DNA of 64,000 bases from Ostrea edulis (Eukaryota): assembly GCF_947568905.1 (NCBI RefSeq), contig NC_079170.1, positions 74,400,001 through 74,464,000 on the forward strand. The letters are read 5' to 3'. The notes under the pieces were generated by a model that searched no databases, was not told the DNA's origin, and saw only the letters and a program-made list of their open reading frames with translations. A program made the translations under genes and the position numbers. Positions 1 to 12,641 of the stretch are shown here, in pieces. Each line of letters starts with the position of its first letter. Position 1 is the first letter of the stretch.

Positions 1-605
1 ACCTGTCATCGATCCACTCATTATATTAGGATGAACACTCTTTATTTAAAAATATAAATTATTGTATACAGCTTTATTAGGAAGTGCATCACTCTTTTAC
101 TCAGGAATTGGTCCTGATATTTAAAAACTCGCATCAATGTATATTTGTGATAATTTTTAAAATTATTGTTTTTGTTTAAATATACAATTTACATTCACGA
201 TCTCGATGAAAAATGTACCTAAGACAAACTGAAATAGGCTATATCATGGATAATAATAACAAAGAAAAATCTCTCAAATGAATTGAAATCTAATTCGTTC
301 TGACCGTGATTGAATATAGGCCTACATTTTCCGACTATTTATTTGGGTTTTAATTTTTAGGTAAATGTGTGTGGTTTCGATTTTGGTTTTGACGCGGAAA
401 CTGGGCTGTGGTTTAAACACTTGGTTGTCAGTTAGTGTTCTGAATATAATAGGACGCCTCCGTTATTTTCTATATATAGAGCACGGATTCTAACAGTATT
501 AATCACTTGAATCTTATTCTTTTAAAAGCACATTTAATAAATGTCAATATTCTATGTCCTCCTCCACGTTATGCTCTTCAAGAATGCTACAATATCAAGT
601 TTCCG

Positions 606-1813
606 AAAATATTCAGTCAGTAACTGTAGTTAATAATAATAATAATAATGTAAAATATTCAGTCAGTAACTGTAGTTAATAATAATAATGTAAGATATTC
701 AGTCAGTAACTGTAGTTAATAATAATAATAATGTAAAATATTCATTCAGTAATTGTAGTTAATAATAATAATAATGTAAAATATTCAGTCAGTAACTGTA
801 GTTAATAATAATAATAATGTAAAATATTCAGTCAGTAACTCTAGTTGATAATAATAATAATAATGTAAAATATTCAGTCAGTAACTGTAGTTAATAATAA
901 TAATAGTAAATTGTAAAATATTCAGTCAGTAACTGTAGTTTATAATAATAATGGTAATGTAAAATATTCAGTCAGTAACTGTAGTTAATAATAATAATAA
1001 TGTAAAATATTCAGTCAGTAACTGTAGTTAATAATAATAATAATGTAAAATATTCAGTCAGTAACTGTAGTTAATAATAATAATAATGTAAAATATTCAG
1101 TCAGTAATTGTAGTTAATAATAATAATAATGTAAAATATTCAGTCAGTAACTGTAGTTAATAATAATAATAATGTAAAATATTCAGTCAGTAACTCTAGT
1201 TGATAATAATAATAATAATGTAAAATATTCAGTCAGTAACTGTAGTTAATAATAATAATAGTAAATTGTAAAATATTCAGTCAGTAACTGTAGTTTATAA
1301 TAATAATGGTAATGTAAAATATTCAGTCAGTAACTGTAGTTAATAATAATAATAATAATGTAAAATATTCAGTCAGTAACTGTAGTTAACAATAATAATA
1401 ATGTAAAATATTCAGTCAGTAACTGTAGTTAATAATATTAATAATAATGTAAAATATTCAGTCAGTAACTGTAGTTAATAATAATAATGATGTAAAATAT
1501 TCAGTCAGTAACTGTAGTTAATAATAATAATAATAATGTAAAATATTCAGTCAGTAACTGTAGTTAATAATAATAATAATGTAAAATATTCAGTCAGTAA
1601 CTGTAGTTAATAATAATAATAATAATGTAAAATATTCAGTCAGTAACTGTAGTTAATAATAATAATAATAATGTAAAATATATCAGTCAGTAACTGTAGT
1701 TAATAATATTAATAATAATGTAAAATATTCAGTCAGTAACTGTAGTTGATAATAATAATAATAATGTAAAATATTCAGTCAGTAACTGTAGTTGATAATA
1801 ATAATAATAATGT
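606..1813. repeat. Minisatellite, ~43-bp unit AAAATATTCAGTCAGTAACTGTAGTT(AAT)nGT, about 28 copies
   Basis: Direct tandem repeats; unit length varies with the (AAT)n count; variant units recur at 355-bp spacing. Confidence 0.97.
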
Positions 1814-2044
1814 CCTTTATTTAAACATGATAGCACAATTAGTTTAAAACTAGTTTACATTGTGGTCCTGAAAACATATATACAGACAGCAGTATTATAC
1901 AGATACAATATAAAATAGTATATGAAGGTAAGTTGTATGCATACATGTTTAATATATATTAAATAGTATATATTTAAAACTGAAAATAAAACAAAATAAA
2001 TAAATAAACAAATAAAAATAAAACTGAAATTAATCAAAAACAAA

Positions 2045-3292
2045 TCAACATAGTTTTATTTTCCCGAATGAAAAAAAAATTCTAAGATAAGCGGATTTAA
2101 AAGTTTCCAATGCAAGGTGAAGATAACGAACAGTGATCAATCTCATAACTCCTATAAGCAATACAAAATATATAGTTGGGCAAACATGGACCCCTGGACA
2201 CACCAAAGGTGGGATCAGGTGCCTAGGAGGAGTAAGCATCCCTGTTGGATAATATTTTAAAAATTCTGGCATATCATTCCATACCTGCGAACCGTAAATT
2301 GTAAAAGATCTTCTAAAATACTGTGTCTTTACTCTCTGGATATGTAATGAATTACTTTGATTTCATCTGGTAGATCTACTGCTAATTCCATGAACATACT
2401 GAAAAACATGTAAATAATCGTGGGTTAGACTATGTAAAACTTTGAAAACAAGAATGATAGTTCTATATACAAAATAGTCTGACAGAGACATCCATCTAAG
2501 TTGCTGTATCATTTCTGTTGTAGGTGTATAACAATTTTTATTTAAAATCACTCTTGCGGCTCGCTTTTGAAGTTTGCATAATTTGTAAAAAAAACAAAAC
2601 AAAACAAAAAAAACAAAAAAAAAAAAAAACGTCCGTGTTTTTCATATTGCCCCAAACAGTAAAACAGTAGTTAAAATGAGGATAAACAATTGTATTGAAC
2701 ATTTTCAGTAATAATTCAGTTGACAAGAATGAACGTAATCTAAATAACACACCTATTTTGCTTGCAAGTTTTTTGGTTAAAATTTCAACATGTTCAGACC
2801 ACGTGAGACATCTGTCAATATAAACACCAAGTAGTTTTGCACATGATACATTTTCGATGGCGATATTGTCCAATTTTATTGAAAGTTTTCTACAATTTCT
2901 TAATCCATTTTCTGTACCAATTATCATGCACTGCATTTTCCTGAGATTGATTGTAAGTTTGTTTTATCCATTCATTCCAAAGTATTCTTAATATCCATAT
3001 GTAATTTGTTTTCTATAACATCTTTACTTTTATCCGAGACATCTTGGGTTGTATCGTTCACATACAGATGGGCTGCAGAATATTGTAAGCAATCTGGATA
3101 GTCATTTATAGAATAAAAAAACAAAGGACCAAGTATTGATCATTGAGGTACTCCTATTGTAATATCTAGTTTGTCGGACTGAATTCCATTCCATCTAACA
3201 CATTGCGATATATTTGTCAAATAAGATTTAAACCAATTGTATGAATTTTCACACATTCCAAAAGACAGTAGTTTGTTAACAACAAGGAATTT
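2045..3292 (-). pseudogene. Decayed CR1/L2-type LINE reverse transcriptase, 3' part
   Basis: The minus strand reads WFKSYLT...GVPQ*SILGPLFF..IND...HLYVNDTT...KLLGVYID..LTWSEHV...LQKRAARVIL...FRRSFTIYGSQVWNDMP...LETFKS, with stops and frameshifts. It is interrupted at 2111-2247 by a Penelope-like 3' fragment. Confidence 0.85.
2111..2247 (-). mobile_element. Naiad-type PLE 3'UTR fragment inserted in the LINE
   Basis: Reverse complement of the 41300-41449 UTR; LINE reading frame continues on both sides. Confidence 0.8.
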
Positions 3293-3598
3293 ACGGTAAA
3301 TTCAGATATGACGTGCTCCACCCAAAATTAAATTTATGTAATAACATGTCCTGGCTGTGGAAAACATTATATCGGTGAAACTGGAATTACTCTGCGAACT
3401 CGTATACGAGTTCATAAACAACGCATTTCAGCACCCGAATACAGAAAAATTAAAGTTAGTGAACTTATAGATGTGTGTGGCCACGGACAATTCAGTGTAT
3501 TTCCGTTTTATGAATTGTATACAGAAAATACTATTTCCCGACGAGAAAAAGAAAGATATTTTATTTAATTAAAACCACCTCTCAATAGCTTACTGTGA
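3293..3598 (+). pseudogene. Penelope-like (C-terminal EN, Neptune-like) GIY-YIG endonuclease remnant
   Basis: TCSTQN*IYVITCPGCGKHYIGETGITLRTRIRVHKQ...SVFPFY...RREKERYFI*LKPPLN: IY/YIG motifs with an intervening CxxC, a terminal KPxLN, and two internal stops. Confidence 0.85.
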
Positions 3599-3800
3599 AA
3601 TATATTTACTGTTATTATCTATGACATCATAATATGCTTAACGTAAAAACCGTTTCTCTTCATTCGTTTATGACGTCGTTATGTACCTGAAATGTTAGGA
3701 CGCCTTTATGACGTCAGATTATTTCAAAACTATTTCAAGGACATGCGGGACGATGTGGCCAAAAATAACTCGTCGATGAATATTTGTTCTTTTTTTTTTT

Positions 3801-5042
3801 TTAGCTCACCTGAGCTGAAAGTTCAAGTGAGCTTTTCTGATCGCTTTTTGTCCGTCGTATGTCTGTCTGTCTGCCTGTCTGTCTGTTAAACATTTACATT
3901 TTCAACTTCTTCTCCAAATCCACTGGACCAATTTTAACTAATGTTGACACGAATCATCCTTGGGTAAAGGGAATTCAAAATTGTTCAAATGAGGGCCAAC
4001 CCCCTTATCCAAGGGAAGATAATAGCAAATCAGTAAAAATACACTGACATTTTTCAAAATCTTCTTCTCCAGAACCAGTAAGCCAATTTCATTCAAACTT
4101 AATGCAAATCATCCTTTGTTGAAGGGAATTCAAAATTGTTCGAATTAAGGGACAGGTTCTCTTCAAAGGGGAGATGATCACAAAAGTGTAAAAATAGGGT
4201 GGGGTCATTTAAAATTCTTCTTCTCAAGAACCATTGAGCCAGAAGAGTTCAAATTTACATGAAAGCTTTATGACATAGTGCAAATTCAAATTTCTTCATA
4301 TCATAGCCCCCAGGGGTCGGGTGGGGCCACACTAAGTGAAATCATATTTTATATGCGTTTATATAGGAAAAATCTTTAAAAAATCTTCTTCTCGAGAACC
4401 ATTGAGCCAGATGAGTTCAAATTTACATGGAAGCTTCCTGACATAATGAAGATTTAAGTTGTTCATATCATGGCCCCCAGGGGTCGGGTGGGGCCACAAT
4501 AGGGGAAACCATATTTTATATGTGTTTATATAGGAAAACTCTTTTAAAATCTTCTTCTCAAGAACCATTGAGCCAGAAGAGTTCAACTTTACATGGAAGC
4601 TTCCTGACATAATACAGATTCAAGTTTGTTCATATCATGGCCCCCGGGGGTCGGGTGGGGCCACACTAGGGGAAACCCTATTTTATATGTGTGTATATAG
4701 GAAAAATCTTTAAAAGTCTTCTTCTCAAGAACCATTGAGCCAGAAGAGTTCAAATTTACACGAAAGCTTTATGACATAGTACAGATTCAGATTTGTTCAT
4801 ATCATAGCCAGTCATGACACCTGGAGCTCAGATGCAGACATTATCAAAGAAACTATTTTTACATTCGTTTTAACTGTATTATGAAAACCTTTTTTTCCTT
4901 AAGAACCTCTGAGCCAGAAAGTATTTCAATGTACCTGAACCTCCCCAACATAGTGTAGAATCAAGTTTCTTAAAATCTGACATGGCTCCTGAAAAGTTAA
5001 TGGAATAACAATGGGAAATTCATTTTCCATGTGTTAAAGTGA

Positions 5043-5075
<33 letters not shown>
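3801..5075 (+). mobile_element. Non-autonomous Helentron/Helitron-type element (HINE) with internal ~166-bp satellite array
   Basis: subTIRs GCTCACCTGAG 3804-3814 and CTCAGGTGAGC 5043-5053, 3' hairpin GGCCCATGGGCC 5059-5070, (GTCT)n near the 5' end, T-rich flanks. Core repeats start at about 4211, 4380, 4546 and 4712. Confidence 0.88.
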
Positions 5076-5079
<4 letters not shown>

Positions 5080-6416
5080 CATGAATCACCATCAGAATGT
5101 CCTTTACAATGTGAATAGATTTCTTGGCCACTTTCTAGGTATACAAGGGAGATAATAAGATTTGAATTACCCCCCTTTTCGACAATTGTGAATTTTACAA
5201 TTTGATGGAACTTTTATTTATATCTTTTACAATAATCTTTAAAATATATGCAAAATATAAAATAAATAATGATAATATGCTTAAACATAACTGTATAATA
5301 AGTAATTAGGAAAATTTAAGGATTTGGGTAGGAAATTAGTACTCCAAAACAGGGTAGTCCAGATACTAAATGAAGCACTGCTCAAAGACTTGTCAATGAT
5401 TTTTTTTTGGAAACACTGCAATTAAAAGCTATTCATATACCCAACCTCCTGTGAAAATATGAAGGGATGAAGCCAATCTTGATTTTGAGGTAGGCGTCCT
5501 TGAAGTTATTACATTGATATGTTCACTTGGGGTTAGGCTTGGCGAAATATTTGTTATTAATAACTTTCAAGCTTATATTCGTTTCATGTACAACTACTGT
5601 TAAGAGTTAAGGGGTAGAGGATAATATCACTTCATTTGCACTACATTCCTAGCATGGACGTTAAGATTTGACAAAAAGTATTGATCTTCGGCATATGGTG
5701 GGGGGTAGGGGTGGAGTATTTTTCGCAAACAATGATCGATTATAAAAGCACCAGAATATATAGTTCGTACGTTTCTCAAACAAGATTCGGTAGAAATGTG
5801 TGCCCAGTTCTAGTTTCACTACTATAGTAAATACCAACAGACGATCATCATCTTACACTTGCACCGGGTCATTGTTTACGTACGATTGACTTTCTTTTTG
5901 TAAATGCCTAGAAATTCAAATTGCATGTACATGTAGGAGCGATTTCGGTGACTAATAGGCTATACTATCAAAATTACTGTGGTGCATACTGTATACATGA
6001 TATATATACAATGTATATGAAAAGGGAGACTTGTAATAAATATCAAATAGAAATAAAAATTATCATTTGACAAGAATTCAATCAACAGATTTAGACATGA
6101 CACTTGGCAGCAGTAACAAATTACGACAAAATATGAAGACATTTTCCCCGCGATACAACGTTGTGACGTATTATTTAATTATGACGCCATATAGTGTGTC
6201 TGTAGAGCATTGTGATTTTTTTCTCGGAAAGCTTTAACTACGCTGCGTCCGGTTCTAAATTTAGTATAAATTCGCAATCATCACGTGATCATCGTCCCGC
6301 ATATCCTTAAAATGTAACGCCTGAGGATTATAAAATGAAAGCGCTTGCGTTAAAAATTTAACTTTGTGTACTGTTTATTTTATTTCTTATATATATATAT
6401 ATATATATATATATAA

Positions 6417-6542
6417 GTCGTTGTGGCCGAGTGGACTTACGCACTGGTTTGATAATCTTGCTAGGCGGTGGGTGCCGTACGTCGTTGGTTCGACCCCGGG
6501 CTGGAGCGAAAATTTTCAGTACCTAGTTGTGATTATTTAGTG

Positions 6543-6546
<4 letters not shown>
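6417..6546 (+). mobile_element. tRNA-headed short element (SINE-like) between (TA)n tracts
   Basis: Pol III A box TGGCCGAGTGG 6424-6434 and B box GGTTCGACCCC 6487-6497; no acceptor-stem pairing; ends TTTAGTGCTTT followed by (AT)n. Confidence 0.7.
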
Positions 6547-6586
<40 letters not shown>

Positions 6587-6664
6587 AGCACTAAAGTTCC
6601 AACAACACACGATATCTCAGAGTGTCGGATCCACAACATGGATACATGGTCAACTACAAAAAAT

Positions 6665-6887
6665 TATACAAAGCACTAAAATGACCAAAGACACTAACAA
6701 CGAGATTGTCAAATTTTCGGGACGACCCGTTCCTTCTTCAGGACAAACGAAAAGAATTTTTCGGGACGACCCGTCCCTTTTTCAGGACAAACGAAAAAGA
6801 ATTCTTTTCGTTTGTCCTGAAGAAGGAACGGGTCGTCCCAAAAATTTGACAATCTCGTTGTTCGTGTCGTTGGTCATTTTAGTGCTT

Positions 6888-6893
<6 letters not shown>
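6665..6893. mobile_element. Foldback of three Penelope-like pLTR fragments with hammerhead-like cores, inserted in (TA)n
   Basis: The left arm 6665-6758 is the reverse complement of the right arm 6801-6893. A near-perfect palindrome is centred on GAATTC 6799-6804. The consensus TTGTC-CTGAAGA-A-GGGACG-ggt-CGTCCC-GAA-AATTT-GACAA fits a minimal type I hammerhead. Confidence 0.65.
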
Positions 6894-6942
<49 letters not shown>

Positions 6943-7045
6943 ATAATAGTATTAAAATTGCAAAAAAAAAATGTCCATGGTATAGGTAATAAGTAGAAAA
7001 AATATATTCAACGATGACTAAGTACACATGATCCCCATTTAATTA

Positions 7046-7100
7046 ATTACACATAACGCTTTCACCGTGTAGTTCGGCTCTTCAGAGTACTAGTGTAACG
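7046..7100 (-). ncRNA. Hammerhead-like core (stem I imperfect) beside the assembly gap
   Basis: Minus strand: CTGAAGA-GCCG-aactaca-CGGT-GAA-AGCGTT-A; stem I only pairs distally (TTACAC/GTGTAA). Confidence 0.4.
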
Positions 7101-8141
7101 AGTTTTANNNNNNNNNNNNNNNNNNNNNNNNNNNNNNNNNNNNNNNNNNNNNNNNNNNNNNNNNNNNNNNNNNNNNNNNNNNNNNNNNNNNNNNNNNNNN
7201 NNNNNNNNNNNNNNNNNNNNNNNNNNNNNNNNNNNNTATTTGAATATGTTCGCCACCATGTATTCTTCAATCTAATTGAAATATGATTTTCTAATTGCCG
7301 GAGCGCAGACTATCGCAGCGATTATGAAACATCTCATTTTCATTAATTAATTTGATTATACCATAAATTCATTTTCGCAAGATGGTGCTTTGATTGGGGG
7401 AAAATAACGATCAGTGATCAATCTCATAACTCCTATAAGGAGTACAAAATAGAGAATGGGGCAAACACGAGTGTCACTTAATCAAATACAACGATCCTGT
7501 AACACACCAGTTGAGCTCATTTGTCAAAATATATCCTGTGTTTAGTATAGAACGTGCGGTGTTTCATACAGACGATTTCATGATAAACGAATTACCACAG
7601 TCGTCAAGGTCACTCACGTATGTTTTCTGGATAGATTGATGAGGGTTGATTACGTTGTCTAATTTCGAAGATTTAATCAGACTAAATTCAATTGAGATAC
7701 ATTGTGCTGGTTTTGAATAGGGAATTAATTTGATTACACAGTTTAATTCCATTTTAAATCGCTAAAACATATTGACCAAAATGTTGTTCTTTTTTTATGT
7801 CTTACGAAGATATTTTCCGGCGATAAATTTGCTCCAGAGTAAATTTTCCTCCTGACAAAACCCCGCATTTACTCAAGATATTTAACTGTACAGCGGATGT
7901 TCTTCGGATATGGTCAATTTCCCCATCTATGTGTTTCCTTTTACGACTTATCAGTTGAAAGTTTATATAATTTGTTTCTGGTGAAATGTTCCGTCATCCG
8001 TGTACCCCTTGACAATTATTGCTCAACTGTTGGTGTGTCGTTTTTGTTTCAGCCATATTAGTCAGCATTTCACAAATTATACGGTCATCATACACTTGTA
8101 ACATTGCAACACACGTTTAACATATCAGTCGCATAACAATC

Positions 8142-8330
8142 CTACAACCTATCATTGGGTCAAATGCTGTCACACCCGCCGTGAGCCCTATATCCTGATC
8201 GGGTAAACGGAGTTATCCGTAGTCAAAATCAGTTTGCGAAGAACGGTCTGACAATCGGTATGAAACATGTCAGACAACATTCGACCCAATGATAGGTTGT
8301 ATTGGCAAACCAGATCGTTATAATAACATA
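8142..8330. mobile_element. Naiad-type PLE fragments in inverted junction (+ 8142-8169, - 8170-8330)
   Basis: ACAACCTATCATTGGGTCAAATGCTGTC abuts a minus-strand copy that contains its own reverse complement. Confidence 0.7.
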
Positions 8331-9389
8331 TTATTAAACTTTGTTTTGAAATATATGCCGATCATGTAAATTCATACGATCCTGTCACCAAATAATCCCT
8401 CACTCGGGGTTTCTTGACACCAAATGTTCTTATTACGTGAACAGTTGATTAGTTCATTAACGGTAATTTAATTTTGTGACATGATCGTCATTTCATGGTT
8501 AGAATTTTGATTTGAAAGTCGGTCAATATAAATAGGACAAATTGAATGTTCTGAGCATTTTGCACTCACGTTTTCCATTCAGGAGTAATATACATGTACA
8601 TGTGATAGAAATTAACGCAAGTCTCACGAGAATAACTAATAAGTAGCAAGAAACCAATGACAACGTGTCTTACATTATAAGGTAATTCCCCAAATCGCGT
8701 CAAATAACGTTAGAAACGTTACTCACGAGTCACGAATGTTATCACACATTCAACGAACCCGATAACATTTTGGTGAATTTTGTAGACTGTATTAGGACTG
8801 ATTGTTTGAAAGCAAACAACAAAAAATTAGAATAAAAAAAACAACAACATACGAATCGCAATAATGCAAACAAGCCGGTTTTATACAAGACAAAGCTCGG
8901 GAGAGAAAATGCTTATAGTTATATACATCGCGAAATCGTAAACTCTCCATACATATTGCGTTATGACACACAGTCGTTCAGTAATTCCCGTGAGATTTCT
9001 GCAAGTATTACAGATTAAGATGTTAAATCGTGTTGCAAACTTTGAATGCATCTTTTGTAGGCCATTTCTTTTGTGTGATTTCTGATCATTAATGAGGTAG
9101 AAATATCGAATTCAACAAAATGCACATTTTTATGTGCTACATGCAATTACAGTCATATAATTTTGTTATGTTTTCTCTATAATTTATTTAAATTTCTATG
9201 AAAGAATACGATCGATGTTGTCATAATCTAAATAAGATATATGCATAATCTAAAGATATATTGACATTGTAGCCCCCCTTGCATTTTTAAAACATTTTTT
9301 ACACGACAAAATCATCGCTTTCGAGGCCCCCCGAATCCATAATAAGAGCATCTATTTTTCATACAAAATAGATGTATTTATTTTACGAG

Positions 9390-9940
9390 AAATACTCGCA
9401 TTTAATACGGTAGTTCCGAGATCCCCAAGAGTTATTTCCCTTTGTCGAACTCTTCCGAAAATTATGACGTAAAATATGATGACAGTGGGTACATTTACTA
9501 ATTATTATCGTTGTATTGTTTCTTAAAAGATGATATCCAGAGTTTCTGAGACCATCCTATCTCAGGGAAAAGGCAACTTTAGTGAGTTTATAAGTATTGG
9601 ATAACAAAATGGCTCAAACAAATATTGTTAGTTGCCATCTTTCTTTGATAAAAGCGTCACTCATGTAGAAGAGGAAACGAATAATGATTCAATAGCAATC
9701 TGATGATCTTATTCAAACAAATTATGCTTGATATGGCCAGAATATGAATACCAGTGATTGATATAAATAAAAGTTACGCTTTTATTACATTAATCGTACG
9801 TAATCGTTATGTACAATGCCAGTCTACGATATAATGTATATATTGTGTACCCACCTTACGTCATAAAATGCGAAAGAGTTCGACAAAGGGAAATAACTTT
9901 TGGGTAACTCGGAACTTCCGTATTCGGGTGCGGGATATTA
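9390..9940. mobile_element. MITE-like element with ~90-100-bp imperfect inverted repeats
   Basis: 9404-9491 is the reverse complement of 9846-9924 (AATACGG..GTTCCGAG..GAGTTATTTCCCTTTGTCGAACTCTT..TTATGACGTAA..GGGTACA). No TSD identified. Confidence 0.6.
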
Positions 9941-10162
9941 GGGCCCCAATGAATAAGTACGATGTGCATCACATCGGGATCGGCCTCTTTTTTGTTTAGA
10001 TTCTATCCAGCGCCCTATGGCGTTCCCGCCTGATGTCGAACGTTCGGTGATGTAGCTGTTACTGCCTTGTTTTGGTGACTTGGGTCTGCCGCGGCCGGGG
10101 TTCGGGCCTCTGACCTCCCGCATGTGGGACAAGTGCTCTACCTTTAGACCACCATGGCGGTC
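9940..10162 (-). mobile_element. tRNA-derived SINE
   Basis: The minus strand begins GACCGCCATGGTGGTCTAAAGGTAGAGCACTT...GAGGTCAGAGGCCCGAACCCCGGCCGCGGCAGACC, with A/B-box-like head and body similar to the 33603 element. Confidence 0.65.
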
Positions 10163-12641
10163 AGATCAAACGTACATTCCTTAGGAGAAGATATGACCCT
10201 ATGTGCGGGGTCCGTCAACCTCATTATCATAGTAGAAGTTTACTATCAAAGGATATGGCCATGTGGTTAGTGTTTTTACAGTCTTGAATTTGTCAGGGAC
10301 ACTGCTGGATCAAATGTCTGATCTAGGATGTGGGGCCTTTTTTCTGGGATGTGTATTTCTTCCATTGCCTTAATATTGGATAATCATGAATTTATGTAGA
10401 AGTTGAACTTCACCTTTTTCAAGATATTATCCATAGTGGTCAGAGCAGTTATGGTATCTTGTAAATATCTTTCATTGGTTAGTGTTTAGTAATAGAGCTA
10501 TAATTCTAAGAAGGTATTGGAATTGGGGACACATTTTGTGTTGAAATTTCTATTAATTATTGTCATCTCCGGTGTTCGACACCAAATACAGAGTACGATT
10601 CTCAATTTGCAGGAGTCAGTCAACTTCATTCACATACTATGAAATAAAAATATCCCAGTTGCTAGAAATTGAATACAACGGGTGTCAGTTTAATTTAAAA
10701 AGATAGTGCATAGTCTGGTTATCTCACATCTGCTGATCTGGGCGACATAGTAAATCGTCTTGTACAGTTGGTAGCATACTTACCAAGTTAAAGTTGCTCT
10801 TGTTGGGTAGCCAGAGTTCATGACTATTGGTTTCTAGTAAATGCAAAATTAGAATGATGTGCTTTTTATCTTGACAAGATCCTTAAAGTTCATGAAGCCC
10901 ATATTTTAGATGTTTAGTATCCTAACAGGAGTGTGCTTCAATGCCTATGAAACCCCATGATGAAACGGGGTGATGAAAGTCTAAGATTATGCCTTGTATG
11001 GAGTGTATTGAAGGTCCATTAAATGTCCAAATAAATAGGGAAAACTAAGAAAGGATTGTATTTTGTGTGGTTTTGCCCTGTGTTTAATTTGGACCCAATT
11101 TTGGGGGTATTGTGGTTTATTAATCGCTACAGCATCAATTTCCATATTGTTTGGTTACTTGTTTTAATCATGCCCTAAATATTGCAGAAACAGGTAATGC
11201 TAGAAGATGGTGTTTTGATTCAACCATCTTTGAGCTAGCTTTCACAGCTTTTTGGTTGAGTAAAAGGAGTTTTGCATGTGGATCTGGTGGCTGAGATACC
11301 CTGGTTTGAAATGCTTCAACTTCAAGATAAATGTTTATATCTTGAGGAATAGGAAATTTAATTCTCAATGTGGGTATGATCTTAGAGAGTGGGACATTCC
11401 TCTGCATACATTTTGGTTAATTATTCGAAATGCCAGTAATTGATTAAACCATCAATTCTCCACAAATATTTATGTTTCCTAATACATCCACTTTCAAAGT
11501 GGATGTATTACAATATGACAAGGCATTGGAGATATACTGTTCCCAAGTCAATAGTGTAGTAGGTAAGTCCATGCTGCAGGTAAGGAGTACGGTGAATGTA
11601 GTTTTGTTATGACGTGTCCCTCAGCAATATAATGAGAACAGGGTTTTTATGTGTTGAATCCTGGAAAGTGCAGTGTTTCCTTAAATTTAAGGAAATTAAG
11701 CGAGGTCGGTCGTGGGTCAGTTGATTGGTGGCTCCCCCTTTGGTGGGATGACTGCAAAAAAGGCTAACCTGTTTGCAGCCATGTGGCGTTTGCGCACACC
11801 AAGTCAACTGATTCTATATGCATTGGTGTATTGCCAGTGAATTTGAAACTATTCTATGATTTGTGACTGTGATTTGGTGAAACTTGTTGTTGAAAAAATG
11901 AGTGCTTTTATCATAATGCATTGCATAATTGTGCTAAATATTGGGTTAATTTAACATACTCTGATTAATTAAGTAACCATCCGCGGTTGACCCGGGGTGG
12001 TCTTTTCTGAACTTGTTAATGGATGTTGCATTTTGTGTTGATGTTGCTTTTGTGTTGGATTGCCCATATGAGTTGTTATTGAATGTCATCCCACAAATTC
12101 GTGCTTTATGCCACGGCCAATACTCGCCAAATAATGTTTAAACTGGTTTTGCTTGTCTGTTTATCTGTATAAATAAATGCGCATATACATGTACAATGTA
12201 CACTGTATGTGCATGTCGCTGTTGTGTTTAATGATATCAGGGTGTTCAATTCAGATCATACGCTGACAGATTTGTCACATATTCAGGTCCTATCTCTAGG
12301 CCTAGGTGCCATACGTTTGGGTTCTTGTACGTACAGTATGAATCATGGGTGTTGTAATATAAAACAATTTTCTGGCCGGACACGACCTTTACTGATGTTT
12401 GATTAAAACGACTCGGAATGTACGCAGTAGTTACATGTCATTAAGACTCACATCGCATAGTGTATCGAATTGTTAAAAACTACCAGGGACTGAAAATTAC
12501 CAAGTAGGCGAGGAATGCAGAATTCGGGTGTTTTAAAATATTTGAATTTTCCAAAACTTGTAACTTGAGCATAGGTTAGCATTCTCTGAATGAGCGTTAA
12601 AAATGTAAAAATCATTCTGATGTACATCACTTTGTTCCAAC

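Noticed and set aside
6417-6510. Functional tRNA-Ser/Leu gene
   Set aside because: A and B boxes are present but the acceptor and anticodon stems do not pair; better explained as a SINE head.
6681-7027. ORFs with YIYIYI runs
   Set aside because: Artefacts of the (TA)n tract and the palindrome.
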